Shown here: positions 1 to 10,442 of the stretch, piece after piece | Layout of the letters: each line of letters opens with the position of its first letter | How positions within the stretch are numbered: position 1 is the first letter of the stretch | IMG/VR virus record: IMGVR_UViG_3300010167_000010 | Location: 265,019 to 329,018 of that record | From: a virus | Taxonomy: Duplodnaviria; Caudoviricetes | DNA length: 64,000 bases | Strand: one strand, 5' to 3' | Position numbers and translations under genes: made by a program | Notes under the pieces: model-generated | What the model was told of the DNA's origin: nothing | The model's database searches: none | The model's input: the letters and a program-made list of their open reading frames with translations, nothing else

Positions 1-3000
1 TTCTTCCATTTACAATACCAGAAATAAATACATTATCAAAATAAGTGAATCCTGGTGATAAAGCCCCTGTTCCCATTGCAGCAGCTTGATTATAACCATT
101 AAATGTTGCTGTACCAAAATGAGTAAATAATCCAGAATAATCGCCGTATTTTTTATTTCTAATAGCTTCATTAGATAAAATAATACCAGGACCACCATTA
201 TTTCTCCATAAATTATTAGCTTCTGTTCCTGAAGCTCCAGAGAAATGATTAGAATCTTGATATATTTCCATAATAGCTTGATTACCATAGTCTAAGTTTA
301 TATCTGTTTCTGTATACTGATAAGCTAATGAATCATAAAAACCAAATAATGGTTGATGGTCAATAATTTGTCCTTGAATATTTCGTATTGGTACAAGAGC
401 ACCACTATTTTCAGATATAGTTGTAGTAACATTTCCTGGACCAATCCCAATAGTATTTTGATTTCCTGAAAGTGATGGAACGTTAACCCTAACATTATCA
501 ATATTTACTTCATACTCAGTTGGTTCTCTTGTAAAATCTATACCAATAATATCTCCAATAAGTATATTACCATCTGAACCTGTTGGAGAATTTTCGATCC
601 ATTCAGGGAAAGTTATAAAAGCCCTATAAGTAATAGTTACAGAATTAGAATTAGAAGAATCGTTTGCAAAACCAGTATTTACAGTAGCACTAACAGATGA
701 ATTAGATGTTCCACCATTAAAAGTAATTGGATTAGGAATTGATATATTTTCTCCAAAAGAAATATTTCTATTAGAATTATGATGTTGTAAAATAATATTT
801 CCAGGTGTCCAGGCTGGTTGTTGTTTTAATTGGGCTATATAAGTTGGTGGGACTTCTGGTATATCTGGGATTGGTGGATCAACATCAGGATCTCCTGGAA
901 TAAATGGTGATCCTGGGTTCGTTTGTATAATATCTAATTCTAATGGAATAAAAGTATTAGTAACATCAAATATTTTTACTATATTAGGATATTCTGGAAT
1001 TAAAACAGTTGCTCTTCCATGAACTGACACATCATTATGCCCATTAACTGTAGTCATAAATCCAGATAATGTTCCGTTAACCCGACCACTAATATTTAAT
1101 GCTTGAGTTCTTCTAATAGTTCCAGATATCCACTCATCTTCAATTGGTCTAATGTATTGATCATGTTTTAATTCGATTCCACTTGTTAAATCAGCTCTAA
1201 TAATTTGTTCACCTAAATCGAAATAATTTCTATATAATCTTAAACCAGAAATTGGTCCAATATTATTTATTCCAGATAAATTAGAATGAATTTTTGTATT
1301 TATATCTTCGCCTTCGCGTTGGCCTTGCCAAATACCACTATAATTAAAATCGTGAGTACCAGAAGAATTAAATCGATATTTCATGAAATTATTCCCATGC
1401 ATATCTGTTTTTACTAAATTAAAAGTTCTATATTCATCTCCTACGTCTGGGCTTCCATCTGCAGGCCACCATTCGCTTACACCTTCAGAATTAGTTCGAT
1501 ATTCACCGCCCCAACCCCAAGGATTATCCATGTAAGTCATCATTGTAACTGAGTGAACGCCAGAAGTTAATCGAGAATCTACACCAGCTGATATATTCAT
1601 TCTATGTAATTCATTTAATTGTTGTTCAGTAAATCCCATTACTTCTTCACGAGATTCTTGTTCGGTCATATAAAAATGAGCTGTCCACTTTACTCCTGAA
1701 AAATGTTCTACATTAAATAAACTTGGATCTTTAGGTCTCCAATAATCTACAACTGAACTTATATTTTGTCTATTAAGAATATAAGTAAATTTTGGTTTAT
1801 ATTGATAATCTTTATTAGTAAAATTTTCAGGTTTATGGATCGGTCTTATTTTTAAAGTCCAACCAGACGATATCTTATGTTTTTCAAAACCAAAAGCTGA
1901 ATATTCTCCATTATATTTTATGTTTGCTTCTAAATGAGAAAATGATTCAGAACTATTTTTTAATATAAGTCTATTATTTATATCATTTTTATCAAAAGGA
2001 TAATTTGGTCTAAAAGTATAAAAACCAGTTGAAGATCTATCATATTGTTTATATTTATCTATAACAGTTAAATCAGCATTTATTGAATGAGTATCTATAT
2101 CACAATTTTCTCTTATATAAGATAATTTTGAAATAATATCGTAAAGAATACCTTCAACAGATTGGGAAGCAAATGATGATTGATATATCATCACTCCTGG
2201 GATATTAGGATCTTCAATTATTACTCTATCATTGTCACCCATCATATCTGAGTGCCACCATCTATTATAAGTATTAGAACCTAACCAAAGATCTTTTCTA
2301 AAATTAAAATAATTTGTATTTCTATTTTCTTTTATATGGCTAATTGGCCATGCAAAAGGTCTTCCTCTTGTTGTAAAAACATTTCCATCATTAAAAGGCA
2401 CTTCAAATTGATAGCCGCCTTCTCTAGTACCCGTATCTCTATTGAAAAATGAATGCGATTTTTGTATATAAATATTTTTTGCTGAATCATTTGCAGATTG
2501 TACTCGAGTATCTGGGGCAGGTAAACTTGTTTGAATATAGTGATTAGAAATACCTTCCGCGTTAAATCCTCCTTGTTTAGCTAACCACCAAATATAAACT
2601 CTGTGAAAATTTCCATTTGAAGTTCCACCATTACTATTTATTAGATTAAGCCAATCTTGTTCTGTTACATAATTACCAAATAATTCATTATTTATATCTA
2701 TAAAATTAGAATGATATGCTTCTGCGGAAGTAATATCTCTCGTTATATTATTTATAACATTAAATCTTCTCATAGCACCCATTTGACGAAGTATCCCACC
2801 TTCATCTAAACAAGCGTTTAATTTTTCGTATTTATCTAATTGACTTTGAATTTGTAAACCATGAATACCTTTTGGCATTGTTTCATAATCTGAACCAAAT
2901 AAAGCTCTTTCTATTCTTAATAATCTGTCTTGTGTTTCTTTTGCTGCATAATTTAATAAACCAATATTTGTTTGAAATACTTGATATTCACCACCTGTTG

Positions 3001-5920
3001 TATTTCCATAACTATCTCTTACAACATTACTAAACATCATATTTATTTCTTGAACAATATGTTCCCATTCACCTCTATGTCTTATATTACTCGCATTAAT
3101 AGAAGCGTATTGATAAGATGTACCGCTTATTGGGATGTAATTTATTGATGTTGTACCATCTCCATTATCTACTTCAATTTCTTGTGGTGGAAATATATGT
3201 CTAATAAAATCATTTGGTAACCATTTCTCTAAACTAACATTTCGAGGATCTGTTAAATCACCACTTGTCATCCAATCTCTTGCTAAAGTAGTAATTCTTC
3301 TATTATTTTTATTTAAATCAGAAGTATAATTAAAAAATCCTACTGGTACTTCGTGTAAAGTTTTAAGTGCTGATCTTGGTGTTAAATATAAACCAGATGG
3401 ATTTTCTTGAGTTCTTCCTTCAATATAATTTCCATAGTGATAATCTATAGTTTCATTTGTCCAAGAATTGAACTCAGTTATATTTTCATCTGCAGTAGAT
3501 GGGGCAACTAATTTAGGAGCAAACTCAGCTAATAAACCAACAATTTGATTATCAAAATCATATTGCCAATCTATACTTCTTTGATTTAAAACACCCGAGG
3601 CCCAATTTGTTACAATTCTTTTTTCAGTTACAAAATTAACTGTTTGAGCTCCCGTTAAATCTGGATCCCAGTGTGGACCATAAATAACGTTATGTTGTTT
3701 TCTATATCTCCCAGAAATTGGGGAGTCTTGTTTAATTTGTATTTGTGAAGCACCTGACATATTTAATATCCAAGATGTTTCATCGTTTATCCCAGTAATG
3801 CCACTATGCATTTCACCAAAAAATAAAGTATCTTCAGTTACTAAATTTTGGCCATCTGTATGTGGTTTCCATGGAAAATGTTCTACCAATTGATTCAAAA
3901 ATAAACTATGATATTGAACAGGTCTTCTTCTAATAAATATTTGAATTAAAAGTTGTCTATCAGGCCTTCGTCCATGTGGCCAACATAATCCTAAACATTG
4001 GCTATTTGGAATATCACTCGGGCCACCTGGTTTAGTTGCCATTCTTAAATACCAAGAACCTAATACTGGATCAAAGTTTATTACCCATTCAAATCCACAC
4101 CACAACCCTTGTCCATTAGTATAAAAACCAGGTGAAAGATAAACGCCCATATCTACATTATGAATACCTACTGGTCCTTGTCTTGGAACTTTTGCAACTA
4201 TATCATAATTTTCTATATTTCGACCTTGTCCATCAATATGCGCACCTAAATTTACTAAGTAATCAATATTAAATCTAATATTAGTGCTAACATAATCCAT
4301 TGGATTAAGGCCTTCTATTTGTGGATCATAAATAAAATTAAAAGACATTTGAGGCCAAACATATTGCATATCATCTGGTGCACCCTCTTGATTATAATTT
4401 ATTTGAGAAGATACAACACCATTTTGTGCACTATAAAATACATCTTTAAATTTAAAGTAACCACCAATTATAGAATTTGGACCAGAATCAAAAGTAAAAT
4501 TGCCATCAATATCTACCCATGGCCCTGTTGGGTTTCCATCTGGAGAATATAAATACATTCCAGTATGCATTGTAGTTCTTAATAATTGCTCAAAATTTAT
4601 TGCACCACCACTTACTTTATGTATTTCATTTATATTTATTTCTATAAACCCCGGTTCAACTATTATTCTATCAGTTTCTCTATCGGTATATGCAGGTTTA
4701 ATAGTTCCGATAGCATCGAATTTTTTAAACATTCGAGGATATCTACAATCTACTAAAACTCTATTATAATCTAAAATTATACCAACTTTATATTCAAACG
4801 AGTCTGCTGCCCCCTCATGTGTTATAGCACCATTTGCTAAATAAAGTTCTTTACCAAAATCTTCAACATTAAATTGAAAACCGCCTCTTATTATATTCCC
4901 TGAAGCGTCTTTTATTTGCTCACCTTCTAAAATACCTAATCGATGACACAATACATTTGTATCACAATATTCTTCTAAATCTATTTCATCGTTTTCATTT
5001 GGCTTAGCTAAAAAGGCTCCAATTGGACTTCGTTGTGCACTATTTCTTAATAAAATTTCATCTGAAGTAATAACGATACCAATTGGTCTATTATTTAATT
5101 CTTCTATTTTAACAAAAATTAATCTATCTGCATTTTGATTTTCATATTTTATCAATCTATTATTTGGATCAGAAGGTGCAATTCTAACATCAAATTGTGT
5201 AGAGTCAATCATACCTCTAACGTCACCAGCTGGCTGAACTTCAATAACTATTTGTTGTTGATCTAATAAATCAGCTTTTCTAGGAGCATCTGCTAGTCTT
5301 CCAACTGAAATAATATTTGCACCATTATAATAAGCGTGTGTAATATCAATAGTTAACCCACCCGGTTTTCCAAAGTTATCGTCTGGATGATTTGATACAT
5401 AAACTGGTTTACCAATATCATCTTCGTAATTCCAAACATATCTAACTTTATTTCCAGATGTATCTGTAATATAAGGTGGATGAAATATATTTTCTCGAGT
5501 ATCATTTAAATCATATTCTATTTGACCCCGTGATAAAATATGTATATGATTTAATATATTAGGAAAAGTTGGATTTACAACAGCATTACCTGGTTCTAAT
5601 GCAATACCAATACACCATTGATATTTTCTAGGATTAGTTGGTACTACTGCGGGGTCAGCTGAACTTTGTACGATAGCATCTAAGTCTTCAAATAAACCAA
5701 CTGAAACTGGTTGTCCTCTTTTAATATAAGCTTCATTTGGAAGAATAACTTCGTTATTATCTTTTACATTATTACCAACTTCATATACTGACAATGGGAC
5801 AACCCAATTTGATGGTTCATCTGAAGCTATTTTATATCTTAATTGTTTAGACTTTTCATTTATCCAAATATTTCCTGGCTGATTTAATCCATTTAATGAT
5901 ACATCAATTTTATCATTCAT
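1..5920 (-). CDS. Giant virion structural protein (tail fibre/baseplate-like), >1970 aa, 3' end outside the window
   Basis: ATG at 5920 (MNDKIDVSLNGLNQPGNIWINEKSKQLRYKI...); same frame is open at the left edge (...SPGFTYFDNVFISGIVNGR); its absence from the ORF track is consistent with no stop in the window; ACTAAATAAT motif directly upstream. Confidence 0.8.
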   Translation of the reverse strand, partial: MNDKIDVSLNGLNQPGNIWINEKSKQLRYKIASDEPSNWVVPLSVYEVGNNVKDNNEVILPNEAYIKRGQPVSVGLFEDLDAIVQSSADPAVVPTNPRKYQWCIGIALEPGNAVVNPTFPNILNHIHILSRGQIEYDLNDTRENIFHPPYITDTSGNKVRYVWNYEDDIGKPVYVSNHPDDNFGKPGGLTIDITHAYYNGANIISVGRLADAPRKADLLDQQQIVIEVQPAGDVRGMIDSTQFDVRIAPSDPNNRLIKYENQNADRLIFVKIEELNNRPIGIVITSDEILLRNSAQRSPIGAFLAKPNENDEIDLEEYCDTNVLCHRLGILEGEQIKDASGNIIRGGFQFNVEDFGKELYLANGAITHEGAADSFEYKVGIILDYNRVLVDCRYPRMFKKFDAIGTIKPAYTDRETDRIIVEPGFIEININEIHKVSGGAINFEQLLRTTMHTGMYLYSPDGNPTGPWVDIDGNFTFDSGPNSIIGGYFKFKDVFYSAQNGVVSSQINYNQEGAPDDMQYVWPQMSFNFIYDPQIEGLNPMDYVSTNIRFNIDYLVNLGAHIDGQGRNIENYDIVAKVPRQGPVGIHNVDMGVYLSPGFYTNGQGLWCGFEWVINFDPVLGSWYLRMATKPGGPSDIPNSQCLGLCWPHGRRPDRQLLIQIFIRRRPVQYHSLFLNQLVEHFPWKPHTDGQNLVTEDTLFFGEMHSGITGINDETSWILNMSGASQIQIKQDSPISGRYRKQHNVIYGPHWDPDLTGAQTVNFVTEKRIVTNWASGVLNQRSIDWQYDFDNQIVGLLAEFAPKLVAPSTADENITEFNSWTNETIDYHYGNYIEGRTQENPSGLYLTPRSALKTLHEVPVGFFNYTSDLNKNNRRITTLARDWMTSGDLTDPRNVSLEKWLPNDFIRHIFPPQEIEVDNGDGTTSINYIPISGTSYQYASINASNIRHRGEWEHIVQEINMMFSNVVRDSYGNTTGGEYQVFQTNIGLLNYAAKETQDRLLRIERALFGSDYETMPKGIHGLQIQSQLDKYEKLNACLDEGGILRQMGAMRRFNVINNITRDITSAEAYHSNFIDINNELFGNYVTEQDWLNLINSNGGTSNGNFHRVYIWWLAKQGGFNAEGISNHYIQTSLPAPDTRVQSANDSAKNIYIQKSHSFFNRDTGTREGGYQFEVPFNDGNVFTTRGRPFAWPISHIKENRNTNYFNFRKDLWLGSNTYNRWWHSDMMGDNDRVIIEDPNIPGVMIYQSSFASQSVEGILYDIISKLSYIRENCDIDTHSINADLTVIDKYKQYDRSSTGFYTFRPNYPFDKNDINNRLILKNSSESFSHLEANIKYNGEYSAFGFEKHKISSGWTLKIRPIHKPENFTNKDYQYKPKFTYILNRQNISSVVDYWRPKDPSLFNVEHFSGVKWTAHFYMTEQESREEVMGFTEQQLNELHRMNISAGVDSRLTSGVHSVTMMTYMDNPWGWGGEYRTNSEGVSEWWPADGSPDVGDEYRTFNLVKTDMHGNNFMKYRFNSSGTHDFNYSGIWQGQREGEDINTKIHSNLSGINNIGPISGLRLYRNYFDLGEQIIRADLTSGIELKHDQYIRPIEDEWISGTIRRTQALNISGRVNGTLSGFMTTVNGHNDVSVHGRATVLIPEYPNIVKIFDVTNTFIPLELDIIQTNPGSPFIPGDPDVDPPIPDIPEVPPTYIAQLKQQPAWTPGNIILQHHNSNRNISFGENISIPNPITFNGGTSNSSVSATVNTGFANDSSNSNSVTITYRAFITFPEWIENSPTGSDGNILIGDIIGIDFTREPTEYEVNIDNVRVNVPSLSGNQNTIGIGPGNVTTTISENSGALVPIRNIQGQIIDHQPLFGFYDSLAYQYTETDINLDYGNQAIMEIYQDSNHFSGASGTEANNLWRNNGGPGIILSNEAIRNKKYGDYSGLFTHFGTATFNGYNQAAAMGTGALSPGFTYFDNVFISGIVNGR

Positions 5921-5930
5921 ATTATTTAGT
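5921..5930 (-). promoter_or_regulatory. Class III (late-like) motif ACTAAHTAWT (example)
   Basis: Immediately precedes ATG at 5920, 8191, 19677, 36069 (minus) and 20830, 40732, 62106 (plus). Confidence 0.7.
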
Positions 5931-5935
5931 TTCCT

Positions 5936-8191
5936 TTAGAACATTTCATCACTACGTACAGGAATTAATGTAGATTGTTTAGTAGAATGCCATTTTCCAT
6001 CAGCTCCTAAATAAACTGCCCATGAAGGTACAACTTCTTTATTATCGGTAGTCATATCGTCTGTAATTTCTCCTAAACCTATTCCATAACTTATAGTTTC
6101 TCTGTGATATCTTTCATCATATACTGTATTAGGTTGATTAAAAGAATTTTTAGCATCATATTCTTTATGTAATTGATATAATCCACCAGCATTAACATTA
6201 TATTCTTTATCGTCTGAATTATTTCTGCCAATCATTCCATTATATACACCAAAATTTTGTATATGTGTAATATAATAACATAAATTCCAACGTAAACCTT
6301 TTAATTGAGATTCTATTTCTCGTAATGACCAAGGATTAGTTGATGGATTATATGATGTTGGTAAATTAATTGTATCTATTCTTTCTTTAATTAAATCTAT
6401 ATTTCCACTATTTACAATTAAAGTATTTAAGTCTATAAGTTCTTTAATTATATTATATTCTATTTGAGATGGATTATTTATCCAAGATGTAATTTCATAA
6501 TGTGGTTCTTCAGCATCTAAATTATAATCTATATTTGTTGGATCACCTATTACATCAGCATTTGTTCTATAATTTTTAAATTTATGGCTTCTAATTGATG
6601 GTCGAGTATCAACAGTAACACGTCTATCATTTAAACCTCTAGGATAACCAGCTTCTTCATTTTCTGAAACAGCTTCATTATCTGGTTTTCTACCTCCAGC
6701 TAATTCTTTAATCATTTTCCAAAGTTCATCTATTGTTGGAGATATAATACGACCATTCATTATTAAATTTCCATCTTTTGGAATTAAGATTGGAAAATCG
6801 TTATAATCTTCTGAACCTTTTCTAGATTCTGGATCAAACCAAACTTGGGGTGGAGTATCTAATGCTTCTGATGTAAAATGTGGGGTATCCATTCCATCAA
6901 TTTGCAATTCGAGTGGCTCAACAGGAAGTGCACCAATTCTACTATGTGGATCATCTGCATTTTCTATAATAAAATCCATTTGTTGACGGAAATTAAAATT
7001 GCCTTGTCTAGTTGGTAATAATGTATCTCTTAGAATATCTACTGATGGAGTTGTTGATGGTAAATAAGGTCGCGATGCTCTTGCTAAATCGCGAGCTGCT
7101 ATTGCTCCTTCTGAAAATAATTTATTATATCTTTTAAAATCACCTGTTTTAGTTAACATTAAATTTTCGTGAATAACTTTAGCTGATTTATTTAGAGATT
7201 GATCGAAATCTCTATAATCTATATAATCGGCAAAGAAAGAACATTTAATCCAAACATAACAATGTTCTAATAAATATCTTAATACTGGGTTTATATGAAG
7301 AACTATAATCCCATTACATGAAACAAAATCGTTAACTTCATTTTGCGTTAAATTTATTCTAGCATTATAATATTTCATTAAATTTTGCCAAACATTAACA
7401 GAAGAATAATTTACACAAAGTCCATTATAAGCTCTAATTTGATAAGTGTCAACATTCGTGCTATCATCATATTCACCAAAAAGAAATCTATCTTCAAAAG
7501 CCCTATCTCTATTAGATAAAATAATGTCTGCACCATCAACATTTCTAGAAACATAATCTTCTTCAACTGCAATTTTCCAAGGATAGGGATAATCAGCCCA
7601 AGTATTTGGTTCTTCTCTATTTAATGGAACTAATACTGAATTATTATAAAAATCGAAAGATGTTTGTGGTTTTAATGCTGCATCTTTATCCCATATTTTA
7701 AATCCTCGTGACTTAAAAAAATCTAAACTATCAGGATCTTGTGGGTTTAATAAAGTTAACAAATTTCCTATATCTGTTTGCGAAGCATTTCTTATATATG
7801 TAGTAACATTCGCTGGATTTAAATGTAATGGTTTAACTCTTTTATCAAATTTTGGTAAACAAATATCAAAACCAGATTTTGCCCATTGTTCAAATGTTGT
7901 TCCACCATCTCCAGGTGAGTCTTCTTTTATTAAATCTCTATAACCTAATTGAAAACTAGGAAATCTATAAATATTTTGATCAAATACTATAATATTATGT
8001 TGTAATTCTAAACCCATAGACTTAAATGAAGATTCAGTTGCATTTTTTACATATCTGGTACACAATCTATTTGCAGCATCAGTAAAAAACATCAAATCAA
8101 ATAGAGAAACTTGCATTGCAACAGGTCTATAGTTACTTTGTGATAATGGAACCTTCCATTCTCTATATAAAGTTATCGGATTATTAGCCAT
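5936..8191 (-). CDS. Probable virion structural protein, 751 aa
   Basis: Long ORF co-oriented with the giant ORF; ACTAACTATT motif directly upstream of ATG. Confidence 0.6.
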   Translation of the reverse strand: MANNPITLYREWKVPLSQSNYRPVAMQVSLFDLMFFTDAANRLCTRYVKNATESSFKSMGLELQHNIIVFDQNIYRFPSFQLGYRDLIKEDSPGDGGTTFEQWAKSGFDICLPKFDKRVKPLHLNPANVTTYIRNASQTDIGNLLTLLNPQDPDSLDFFKSRGFKIWDKDAALKPQTSFDFYNNSVLVPLNREEPNTWADYPYPWKIAVEEDYVSRNVDGADIILSNRDRAFEDRFLFGEYDDSTNVDTYQIRAYNGLCVNYSSVNVWQNLMKYYNARINLTQNEVNDFVSCNGIIVLHINPVLRYLLEHCYVWIKCSFFADYIDYRDFDQSLNKSAKVIHENLMLTKTGDFKRYNKLFSEGAIAARDLARASRPYLPSTTPSVDILRDTLLPTRQGNFNFRQQMDFIIENADDPHSRIGALPVEPLELQIDGMDTPHFTSEALDTPPQVWFDPESRKGSEDYNDFPILIPKDGNLIMNGRIISPTIDELWKMIKELAGGRKPDNEAVSENEEAGYPRGLNDRRVTVDTRPSIRSHKFKNYRTNADVIGDPTNIDYNLDAEEPHYEITSWINNPSQIEYNIIKELIDLNTLIVNSGNIDLIKERIDTINLPTSYNPSTNPWSLREIESQLKGLRWNLCYYITHIQNFGVYNGMIGRNNSDDKEYNVNAGGLYQLHKEYDAKNSFNQPNTVYDERYHRETISYGIGLGEITDDMTTDNKEVVPSWAVYLGADGKWHSTKQSTLIPVRSDEMF

Positions 8192-8222
8192 AATAGTTAG
8201 TTGTAGAAGTTTTAATTACATT

Positions 8223-8253
8223 TTGAACGCTATATGTTAATTTCTTATATAAT
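8223..8253 (+). promoter_or_regulatory. Class I (sigma70-like) promoter, TTGAAC-N17-TATATAAT
   Basis: Same layout at 24205, 36746, 37021, 50534, 56269 (N18), 59455; variants at 57885 and 62611. Confidence 0.75.
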
Positions 8254-8255
8254 AT

Positions 8256-9959
8256 ATGAATATGAGTAAACAAGCACGGTTCAAATCACTACAATCAAAT
8301 GGTCCAGTATTCCCCAAAAAATGGGAACATAAGGGCTACCACGCGGCTGGAGAAAAGCTTCCCCTTCTTGCAGAAGAAATGGCTTGGAAAGCAGCTCGTT
8401 TTATTGGTTCAGATTATGAAAAAGAATGTTTCGCATCTGATTCTAATATGTGGAAATGCTTTTATCCAGAATTGACCAAATCGCAACAAAAATTATCACA
8501 TGCTGATTATATTGCGATGATGAGTGGTATGAAGGCAACACAAGAGATTTTAAAAGAAGAAAAGAAAGCTCTTTCAAAAGAAGAAAAAATAGCAATTAAA
8601 AATGAAAAAGAAGCTCTTAAAGAAAAATACGGATTCGCAATTCTTGATGGTGAAAGTGTTCCCCTTTCCGGATATATGATTGAAGAGTCAAATTGGATTT
8701 TAACTCGCGGTAAAGATCCCCGAAAATTTTGTTGGAAATATGCTGTAGAAAAATCTGATGTTACTTTGAATATTGTAAATGGAAAACCAGTTTCAGGATT
8801 TAATTGTATTTCTGATAATACAGTTATTTGGGTAATGCGATATAAAATTAAATGCGGAAGACCTGAGATGAAGGCTTTTATGGAGCTCAATAAAATTATT
8901 GCTTTTGCTCCTTCTGTTTCAGTTCGTCAAGCTAATAATTCTGGAAAATTTGATAAATCTAAAAATATTCTTAAAAATTGGAATAAAATTCAATCTCAAG
9001 TTCTTGCTGATGCTACCGATTGTTCATTAAAGAAAAATCCTAAGCATGAAGCACTTATCGTGTATCTTATTCAAGAAACTGGTATTCGTATTGGTGGTGA
9101 AAAAGATGAACGAAGAGCTAAAACTTATGGAATGAGTACTCTTGAAAAAAGACATATAACTCTTGGTTCAGATTTTACAGTAACATTTGATTTTCTTGGA
9201 AAAGATAGTGTTCCTGAAACGAGAACAATAATTATTGATGAAAATGTTTGGTATAATCTTGAAAGTCTTTTAGCTTGTAGAGATACAAATGAAAGAATAT
9301 TTAATAATGATATAGACGTTAATGGTTACCTCAAGAAAATACATCCTGGTGCAACAGTTAAAAATCTTCGTACTGTAAAATGTAATGAAGTTTTGGTAAA
9401 AAATCTTAAAACAAAAAAAGTTACAAAAACAAATACTGAGGCCGAAAAGCTTAGAGCAATATTTGAAGCAAATCTCGAAATTGCAAAGACAATGAATCAC
9501 CAAAAAAATATTGGTAAAAATCAAAAAGAAGGTGAAGTAAAAATTGCTGAAAAAGTTCAAAAAGCGAAAGCTCGTGTAAAAGAACTTAAGAAAAAGCATA
9601 AAGAGAAAATAATTAAACTTGATACTCAGGTAGCAAAAATTAAAATTGCTTTCAAAGGCATGAAGATATTAAAAGAAAAACTTGCCAAAATTGAAGAAAC
9701 AAAAATTAAAATGATTGCTCAAATGGAAAGAGCAGTAATGAGCATTGAAAAAACAGAATTTGCTCTTGACAAGAAAAAACTTACTGCGGATATTGCTTTG
9801 GGAACTTCCCTTGCAAATTATGCTGACCCTAACGTAATATATTCTTATTGCAAATACGTAGATCTCCCAATTGAAAGAATATATTCTGCTAGTCAGAGAA
9901 AAAATCTAACTTTTGCTGAAAGTGTAGATGCAAATTATTGGATAAATTACCCAAGTTAA
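8256..9959 (+). CDS. DNA topoisomerase IB, large eukaryote-like type
   Basis: Motifs SLQSNGPVFP, GIRIGGEKDE, FDFLGKDSV, VKNLRT, MNHQK, Lys-rich coiled-coil linker, IALGTSLANYADP (catalytic Tyr); R-K-R-H-Y residues present. Confidence 0.93.
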   Translation: MNMSKQARFKSLQSNGPVFPKKWEHKGYHAAGEKLPLLAEEMAWKAARFIGSDYEKECFASDSNMWKCFYPELTKSQQKLSHADYIAMMSGMKATQEILKEEKKALSKEEKIAIKNEKEALKEKYGFAILDGESVPLSGYMIEESNWILTRGKDPRKFCWKYAVEKSDVTLNIVNGKPVSGFNCISDNTVIWVMRYKIKCGRPEMKAFMELNKIIAFAPSVSVRQANNSGKFDKSKNILKNWNKIQSQVLADATDCSLKKNPKHEALIVYLIQETGIRIGGEKDERRAKTYGMSTLEKRHITLGSDFTVTFDFLGKDSVPETRTIIIDENVWYNLESLLACRDTNERIFNNDIDVNGYLKKIHPGATVKNLRTVKCNEVLVKNLKTKKVTKTNTEAEKLRAIFEANLEIAKTMNHQKNIGKNQKEGEVKIAEKVQKAKARVKELKKKHKEKIIKLDTQVAKIKIAFKGMKILKEKLAKIEETKIKMIAQMERAVMSIEKTEFALDKKKLTADIALGTSLANYADPNVIYSYCKYVDLPIERIYSASQRKNLTFAESVDANYWINYPS

Positions 9960-10414
9960 TTATGAATATGAAAAATTGGAAATACAGTTGGAAAAGCGTA
10001 ACAGACAAAGATTATATAGACTCTATTATGATCTTCTGGAAGTTTTTTAAAGAAAATTATCAAAATGTTTTCGTTTATAATGCTTGCCATTATGAAATTC
10101 GTTTAATAACTTTAAATATTGGAAGAGGAAAAGAAATTCTTTCTTCAGAAGCTGCTTCCAAATCTACACAAAAAGATGAACATCATCTTGTAGAAGCAAA
10201 ACAATTTCTTGATGAATTTAAATACTGTGTTGATAACAAAATTGAATTTACAAGAAAGGATGCAAAATCTTGGCTTATTAAGGCTAGAAATATTTACGTT
10301 ACTAAACCAGAGCACAATATTTTACATTCTAAAGTTTTCAAAGATTATAGAAAAAATAATCCGACAGAGAATATAATAAAAGTTTTAGAAAAATTTGGAA
10401 TTATTTTAATTTAA
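9938..10414 (+). CDS. Hypothetical protein, possible HNH-like nuclease (start probably 9962 or 9968)
   Basis: DEHHL ... EHNILH pattern. Confidence 0.4.
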   Translation: MDKLPKLIMNMKNWKYSWKSVTDKDYIDSIMIFWKFFKENYQNVFVYNACHYEIRLITLNIGRGKEILSSEAASKSTQKDEHHLVEAKQFLDEFKYCVDNKIEFTRKDAKSWLIKARNIYVTKPEHNILHSKVFKDYRKNNPTENIIKVLEKFGIILI

Positions 10415-10442
10415 TTCTTATATTTTATTAAGAGGAAAGAAA

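Noticed and set aside
1-5935. Apparent non-coding gap suggesting stop-codon reassignment
   Set aside because: Explained by one long ORF truncated by the window edge; TAA, TAG and TGA all terminate well-supported genes elsewhere
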